Shown: one piece after another, positions 34,498-39,051 of the stretch
Layout of the letters: every line of letters starts with the position of its first letter
Position numbering within the stretch: the stretch's first letter is position 1
Assembly: GCA_964621415.1 (NCBI GenBank)
Contig: CAZUOS010000001.1
Coordinates: forward strand, 3,329 to 42,379
From: an uncultured Azospirillum sp.
GTDB taxonomy: Bacteria > Pseudomonadota > Alphaproteobacteria > Rickettsiales > UBA3002
Reading direction: 5' to 3'
Length of the DNA stretch: 39,051 nt
The notes under the pieces: generated by a model
Told to the model about the DNA's origin: nothing
The model's database searches: none
The model's input: the letters and a program-made list of their open reading frames with translations, nothing else
Translations under genes and position numbers: made by a program

Positions 34498-36915
34498 TTA
34501 TATGAGCTGACCGGCAATCCCGCCGGACCTGGACTTTTCAAACAGAGTATTGAACGCGTCGGCGGCAGAGTCGACCTGATCGTCGTTCTTACCGAACGGG
34601 AAATGCCTCAGTTCATTCGTGAACGGGTAATTCCAGTCGCCCCGCTTCATCATCACGGACCCAACGTTGACCTGAGCCGCGAAAGGTTCGGCCCTTGTCA
34701 CTTTGTCTCCGCTCACAGGAGCGCTGACAACGGAAAACCCTCCCAGGGCGCGAGTCAGATACGTGATCTGGGCTTTGCCTGCCTGGCCCGGATCTTGGGG
34801 AAGCTTGATCTTCACCCGCGGGCCGTCGAGCTTTGCCGTCGAGACGATCCGTTCTTCGACCTGATCGGGCGTTCCCTGGAAACGAGTGACGTCCTTGATC
34901 ACGAACCTGTTCGCCGGGGTCTTGCCGATCAGCGTACCGACTGTCCAGTCGCCGTCGTTCTTCGTCGCTGCGAGATCCCAAGCCCGAACCCATTGGAGGA
35001 CGCCTTCGGTCGAGTCGACGACCTCGATCTTGTCCGGCTTGAAGATACCGCCGGCCGGGGGAACGGGCTTCTGCTGGTACTGCGAAGAGAACGACCACGG
35101 CTTCGCTTCCTGCATACGGAGGAGATCCTCAACGGAGTGTTTCTCTTCCCACAGGGCCGTGCCGTCCTCCTGAAGCGCCGGGAGATTGATATGGTCCCAG
35201 TGCTCGCCGTTTCCGCCAGCCAGAAGCCAGCCTGCCAAATCCTCTTCATGCAGACGCTGCATGATCAGAATGATCGGCGTATCCTTCGTGTTCTTTCTTG
35301 ACTCCAGCGTGTCCTGGAACCAGCGGATGACCTGCGGCCTGATCACATCCGAGTCTGCTTCCCCCGGCTTGTGGGGATCGTCAATAATTATACAATTAGA
35401 AACTAGAACTGGCTTTTGGGCCACGTAAAAGTTATTATTGTTCCTCACTTCCAAACAGAAGGTATGATCAACATGGCCAATACGACGAATGAAAACTGGA
35501 TGCCGGTCCCAGGATTTGAAGGATTTTACGCTATCAGTGATCAGGGGAATATCAAAAGCCTTGACAGAACTATCATTCACAAAAACGGTATTTCTCAAAA
35601 AATCGCCAGTCGTATCCTGGTCCCGAAAATCAGTAAAAAGTATCTCCGGGTCACACTGTCCAAGAATTCCAAACTCCATTTTGTTTTCATTCACCAACTT
35701 GTCCTGAAAACTTTCGTTGGCCCTCGGCCACCGGGAATGGAAACCCGACACCTTGATGGGGATTACTTCAACAACCGGCTCGCAAACCTCGCTTATGGAA
35801 CCAAGTCCCAAAACATGCAAGACGCTATCAGACACGGGACATTCCCGCTTCTCGAACGGCGACCCGGCGCCAAACTTACACGAGACCAAGTTATCCAAAT
35901 TTTCACGAGTCAACAGTCGCCGATTGAACTCGCTAACAAATTCGGTATCGTCCCAGGCGTTGTTCGCCAGATTAAACTCCGGCAGACATGGGTAACCATC
36001 ACGAAAGACCTGCCCGACCCCATTTGGAATTTCAAGCCCAAACATTCCGAAGACGTCATCGCAATCGCCAGCGATCTGACGATCAGCCGAAAAGAAGCTA
36101 TGACAAGAACCGGGCTGACCCTGGCTCAACTCAAACATATCCGGAAGAAGAGTCGTGTCCGATAAATACTGAGCTTCCATCCAGCCTTGTGACGTAAAAA
36201 TCTTATGATTAGGCGTACACTGGAAAACCGTCCCATCGCTTAATGTAACTTCCAATATCTCATTCGGAGGATTATGCCACAACGTATCGACAGGCTGGAG
36301 TTCTTCCTGACCCGTCTGAAAATTATATGACCAAACGCGGATATCCTCTCCACGTGTAACGATATCCCCGATCTTTATCAGTCCCTTTTCCGTGTGAACC
36401 AATTCATCATAGGGGAAACAGCCACCGAAGCCCGGCCGGACCTTTCCCGCGCCATAGCCTGTAATGGTACCCTGAGCACCTGCGGCATAGACACAACCGC
36501 CAGCCGTGGTACGCCATTCGTCTTTGGCCTGCGTATCATCCCGCAGTCCCACATTCGGGAACAGGAGGTGATAGTCCTCGTGCATGGCGATCTCCCGGGC
36601 TTGCCAGGAGTTCGTTGCAGCGAGGCGGGCTGCATAGGACGTATGAATGAATTCGGCGTCCGGCGCCATTCCGATCCCCCAGGGGATGAAGTTGACGACG
36701 GCCAGTTCGGTCTTCGAATAACGAGGCGGCAGGTTGATGACCAGCCGGCTCGTTTCGCCGCGGAACACTTTCATCAGCGCATCGCATATCATCTTGTGGT
36801 GCGGCGCCTGATGCCACTTGAAGCCATGACGGGCTTTGAACATGTAGCGGACGAAGTAATAGTAGTCTTCCCTCGCCAGCTTCTGTGCGATCAGCAGTTC
36901 TTCGCGGGTCATCAT
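34498..36915 (-). CDS. terL: terminase large subunit interrupted by an in-frame intein
   Basis: 805 aa. The ATPase N-terminus carries LPPRYSKTE (Walker A-like), and the Walker B-like strand is split as GFGG / intein / CIIIDDPHKP. ATGA overlap with terS. Confidence 0.9.
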   Translation of the reverse strand: MMTREELLIAQKLAREDYYYFVRYMFKARHGFKWHQAPHHKMICDALMKVFRGETSRLVINLPPRYSKTELAVVNFIPWGIGMAPDAEFIHTSYAARLAATNSWQAREIAMHEDYHLLFPNVGLRDDTQAKDEWRTTAGGCVYAAGAQGTITGYGAGKVRPGFGGCFPYDELVHTEKGLIKIGDIVTRGEDIRVWSYNFQTGQEELQPVDTLWHNPPNEILEVTLSDGTVFQCTPNHKIFTSQGWMEAQYLSDTTLLPDMFELSQGQPGSCHSFFSADRQIAGDCDDVFGMFGLEIPNGVGQVFRDGYPCLPEFNLANNAWDDTEFVSEFNRRLLTRENLDNLVSCKFGAGSPFEKRECPVSDSVLHVLGLGSISEVCEPVVEVIPIKVSGFHSRWPRANESFQDKLVNENKMEFGILGQCDPEILFTDFRDQDTTGDFLRNTVFVNDSSVKAFDIPLITDSVKSFKSWDRHPVFIRRIGHVDHTFCLEVRNNNNFYVAQKPVLVSNCIIIDDPHKPGEADSDVIRPQVIRWFQDTLESRKNTKDTPIILIMQRLHEEDLAGWLLAGGNGEHWDHINLPALQEDGTALWEEKHSVEDLLRMQEAKPWSFSSQYQQKPVPPAGGIFKPDKIEVVDSTEGVLQWVRAWDLAATKNDGDWTVGTLIGKTPANRFVIKDVTRFQGTPDQVEERIVSTAKLDGPRVKIKLPQDPGQAGKAQITYLTRALGGFSVVSAPVSGDKVTRAEPFAAQVNVGSVMMKRGDWNYPFTNELRHFPFGKNDDQVDSAADAFNTLFEKSRSGGIAGQLI
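35395..36420 (-). mobile_element. intein (342 codons, aa 166-507 of TerL)
   Basis: Starts CFPYDELV (Cys1 codon 36418..36420). Block B is QCTPNH. Ends HTFCLEVRNNNNFYVAQKPVLVSN (Asn codon 35395..35397) followed by Cys+1. Confidence 0.85.
35473..36165 (+). CDS. NUMOD4/HNH (HNH_3-type) homing endonuclease encoded antisense inside the terL intein
   Basis: MANTTNENWMPVPGFEGFYAISDQGNIKSL, then HQLVLKTFVGPRPPGMETRHLDGDYFNNRLANLAYGTKSQN, then an HTH-like KLTRDQVIQIF...LANKFGIVPGVVRQIKLRQTW. GAAGG lies 10 nt upstream of the ATG (alternative ATG 35464). The segment is locally A/T-richer. Confidence 0.85.
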   Translation: MANTTNENWMPVPGFEGFYAISDQGNIKSLDRTIIHKNGISQKIASRILVPKISKKYLRVTLSKNSKLHFVFIHQLVLKTFVGPRPPGMETRHLDGDYFNNRLANLAYGTKSQNMQDAIRHGTFPLLERRPGAKLTRDQVIQIFTSQQSPIELANKFGIVPGVVRQIKLRQTWVTITKDLPDPIWNFKPKHSEDVIAIASDLTISRKEAMTRTGLTLAQLKHIRKKSRVR

Positions 36916-37493
36916 ACGTCGTTCAGAAGTCGGCTTGAGACTTCTTCATACTGATCCGATGTGATATTGATCACGAACTGGCGACGGTTGTCGATCATCG
37001 TCGGGTCCGCCTTCTCGCCGTAACGCTTCGGCGCCAGCTTCGACGCGAGCCACTGGAGGTTCCGGATCTGGGCAGAGACACGCTGGTAGTTTGCGTCATT
37101 CATTTCGTCGGTCAGCTCGCGGATCTGATCCATGACGGCATCTTGCTGGAAATCTCGCGCCTGCTTGATACGCACAGAGACTTCGCCTTCGGGGTCTTTC
37201 GCCATGGTTTTATAAAGATCTTTTGTGGACGGCATATCCCGTGGTGCGCAGACTTCGCCAATCCCCAAACCCATGACCAACCCCTCGCAAACCTTATCCA
37301 GCATGCCAGGGTCGGTGATCTTCGGCCTGCGGCCAACAGGACGGATCTGGACGCCCTTGGCCAGCCTGTATCCCGAATACGTCAGGTCGCTGATTGTCTC
37401 CGACGGTTCCTCGCCGTCGAAGTACCCATCGCGAGTGACCGTGCGCCGCCGGCGCCGTTCCGTATCTCCTGGCTTTGTCTTGGTGTGCTTCAT
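36912..37493 (-). CDS. terS: terminase small subunit
   Basis: HTH-like ...KVCEGLVMGLGIGEVC.. and C-terminal ...IRNLQWLASKLAPKRYGEK are typical of terS. Lies directly upstream of terL. The start is uncertain (ATG 37493 versus GTG 37520). Confidence 0.75.
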   Translation of the reverse strand: MKHTKTKPGDTERRRRRTVTRDGYFDGEEPSETISDLTYSGYRLAKGVQIRPVGRRPKITDPGMLDKVCEGLVMGLGIGEVCAPRDMPSTKDLYKTMAKDPEGEVSVRIKQARDFQQDAVMDQIRELTDEMNDANYQRVSAQIRNLQWLASKLAPKRYGEKADPTMIDNRRQFVINITSDQYEEVSSRLLNDV

Positions 37494-37598
37494 CTGAGTA
37501 TGCCTGACGGACCCAACCACGTGATGTGGCCTGGGTTATAGGCTATCCCGGGATATCCGAAATAGCCGACCGCGACACGGCGAAACTGGGTCTGGGTC

Positions 37599-38141
37599 TT
37601 AACCCACAGCCGCTGCAGCCACTACGTTCCTTGCCGGTACGCGGACTTCGCGTACAGACCCCAGCATGGTGACGTAGACGCTTGCTTCTTGTCGATTGAT
37701 TGAAGCCAGCTGGACCAGGAAGCCATCCAGTATCCGGTCCGGCCAGTTGATCCGCACCCAGTCGCCGACCTTGAAGGCGCCAGTGGTCGCGGGCTTCGTG
37801 AAATCCGTGTCCCTGACACAGCCGTCCGGGTCGGCCATCCTTCTGATGGCGTCGACGACCGTGTCCGGGATTGAAATGGGGGTGCCGTCGATCGATACGA
37901 CGGCGAGGACGTCCGGTATGGTCTTCAGGTACCAGACCCAGTATGGCTCCACCCGGGCGAACAGGTACTGGGTGAACAGAGCCCGTTCTGTCTTGACCAG
38001 CCGGGACTTCCGGAACCTGCGGACCCGCTTGACCTCCCGGATGAAGGGGAAGAACACAGGCGTGGCTGGGCTATCCGATTTGATCCGGTCTGCCACGGAC
38101 CTTTCGGCGTTCGGTCGCGAATATACAGCCAGCCAGGACAT
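37599..38141 (-). CDS. NusG-like transcription antitermination protein (NGN + KOW)
   Basis: I prefer the ATG at 38141 (GGAG 6 nt upstream). NGN-like WLAVYSRPNAERSV...ALFTQYLFARV. KOW-like FKVGDWVRINWPDRILDGFLVQL...VYVTMLGSVREVRV. Confidence 0.8.
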   Translation of the reverse strand: MSWLAVYSRPNAERSVADRIKSDSPATPVFFPFIREVKRVRRFRKSRLVKTERALFTQYLFARVEPYWVWYLKTIPDVLAVVSIDGTPISIPDTVVDAIRRMADPDGCVRDTDFTKPATTGAFKVGDWVRINWPDRILDGFLVQLASINRQEASVYVTMLGSVREVRVPARNVVAAAAVG

Positions 38142-38356
38142 GTTGAGCTCCACGGTATATCCAAAGTTCGCGGAGAGGGAAACAAAATTATTTACATATA
38201 AATAGCGCCGTGGTACCCTCCAACCAGGACCTCGGAATAGGGGTCCATTTCTGTTTCTAGGCCATCCGCACCTTTTCCGCATCTTTTGAAAAAACAAAGG
38301 TGCAAGCCAAATCGTACAGTAAACTGAATGGTTTAGCAGAAACAGAAATAAATGAC

Positions 38357-38611
38357 AGTCGCTCCTAAGATGCGACTCCTTTCCCCAGGCCTTTCAAGGG
38401 GTTAGCTCCCGAGTCGCATCATGTAATCCGAAAACGCGCATATAGCGGTATAACATATTCCCAGGGGGAGCCCTGCCATGGGGGTGTATTATATGTATAT
38501 ATATATATTAATAAATTATATTAGTATTAAAAAAGTAATTACAAGATGCGACTCAGGACTCAACCCCCTGGAAACAAAAGGAAAAAGTGTTGCATCTAGG
38601 GGAGCGACTCC
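38357..38611. repeat. cluster of GCGACTC-core repeats in both orientations
   Basis: AAGATGCGACTC occurs at 38367..38378 and 38543..38554. Its inverted copy GAGTCGCATC is at 38411..38420. AGTCGCTCC at 38357..38365 is the inverse of GGAGCGACT at 38601..38609. Confidence 0.6.
38486..38541. promoter_or_regulatory. near-pure A/T tract with (TA)n run; candidate unwinding element or promoter/UP region
   Basis: tattatatgtatatatatatattaataaattatattagtattaaaaaagtaatt sits in otherwise GC-rich DNA and is flanked by the repeats above. Function is not established. Confidence 0.35.
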
Positions 38612-38840
38612 CCCTGGCAGCATTTCTGCTAAGTCCTTGATTTCAAACCGATCCGCAGCTCGCACCCAGGGTTTTTGAGAAGTGGCGACTTTCGTATAAT
38701 AATCAGCCCTCTGATCAACCGTGAGTCCGCGAATTCAGGTCCTTTTCCAGGGCACCACCAACCTAAAGGTCATCGCGGCGCGCGGCGAGCGCCCCGCGGG
38801 AAGGGTCCAGAAGGGTCTAAATACTGAAATTGCCCCGTGA

Positions 38841-38893
38841 CGCGTCGCGGGGACTTTTCAGTCCGCGGAGCGCCGGCGCGTCGCGGGGACTTT
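38841..38893. repeat. 17-bp direct repeat CGCGTCGCGGGGACTTT x2
   Basis: Copies lie at 38841..38857 and 38877..38893 (36-bp period). The first copy is part of the imperfect palindrome CCCCGTGACGCGTCGCGGGG. Confidence 0.6.
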
Positions 38894-39051
38894 GGTTGGC
38901 TTGAGTCCCGAGGGGGCATTCCCTAAGGGCTGCCAGCTTTGCGGAGCTTGCGCCTGGCGGCGATCCCGCTGGACCCCAAGGGGGTAATCCCCCGGACCCC
39001 TGGAAGCCCCCAGGGGGCACGCACCAGGCGAAGGGTGCGACCTTCGCGGGG

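Noticed and set aside
35476-36162. Sense-strand endonuclease domain (LAGLIDADG/HNH) in the intein linkers
   Set aside because: I found no dodecapeptide, HNH, GIY-YIG or PD-(D/E)xK motif in either sense-frame linker. The composition looks like an antisense translation (Phe/Leu/Val/Asp-rich, mirroring Lys/Asn/Ile codons). This needs a profile search to be certain.
35473-36165. HNH protein as an HK97 gp74-like packaging cofactor of terminase
   Set aside because: It has a NUMOD4 N-terminus and an HNH_3-type core typical of homing endonucleases. It is also embedded antisense inside an intein rather than sitting next to terS/terL at the operon end. A packaging role cannot be formally excluded.
31215-36915. 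Split inteins or 'fractured genes' with a free-standing endonuclease between gene halves
   Set aside because: Both host ORFs are continuous through the inserts with no stop or restart. These are contiguous inteins, not split ones.
37542-37559. Imperfect 18-bp palindrome GGCTATCCCGGGATATCC upstream of terS as a pac or regulatory site
   Set aside because: It is a single occurrence with two mismatches. Nothing in the sequence alone links it to packaging.
38478-38678. 66-aa plus-strand ORF starting in the (TA)n tract
   Set aside because: The N-terminus (YYMYIYILINYI) is just a translation of the A/T tract. It has no SD and an implausible composition.
38817-39020. 67-aa minus-strand ORF at the right edge
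   Set aside because: It is Pro/Gly-rich and low-complexity, produced by GC-rich direct repeats (the SPRDA duplication comes from the 17-bp repeat). It has no start context.
1-39051. tRNA/rRNA genes, CRISPR arrays, integrase/att sites, toxin-antitoxin or known defence/anti-defence genes
   Set aside because: I recognised none by eye on either strand. The only plus-strand genes I accept are the two intein-embedded endonucleases. A tRNAscan/Infernal run would be needed for certainty.

Overview
Almost the whole window is one minus-strand late operon (virion plus lysis genes) of a contractile-tailed phage or prophage. The host is moderately GC-rich and probably proteobacterial. I saw no integrase, tRNA, rRNA or CRISPR array. 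Right to left the order is: an AT-rich, repeat-bearing intergenic region; a NusG-like KOW protein; small and large terminase; portal; a Mu F/SPP1 gp7-like head morphogenesis protein; a ~10.4 kb block of atypical structural-looking genes (FN3 protein, collagen-like protein, clan GH-A-like glycosidase, 1354-aa tandem-repeat protein); scaffold; P22-type coat; connector proteins; a P2-like tail module (V, W, J, I, fibres, sheath, tube, E/E+E' chaperone with a T TTT TTG slippery site, tape measure, U, X, D); and a lysis cassette with a GH19 endolysin and several small membrane proteins. The standout is that both terL and the Mu F-like gene carry in-frame Cys...Asn|Cys inteins inserted in their most conserved motifs. 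In each intein the slot where a homing endonuclease domain normally sits has no sense-strand nuclease motif. Instead the opposite strand, in exact codon register, encodes a complete free-standing-type homing endonuclease gene: NUMOD4/HNH in terL, and HTH plus Vsr/DUF559-like PD-(D/E)xK in the Mu F-like gene. All family assignments come from motif recognition by eye; no searches were run. I do not know of a described intein class with antisense-encoded endonucleases, but I cannot verify novelty here.
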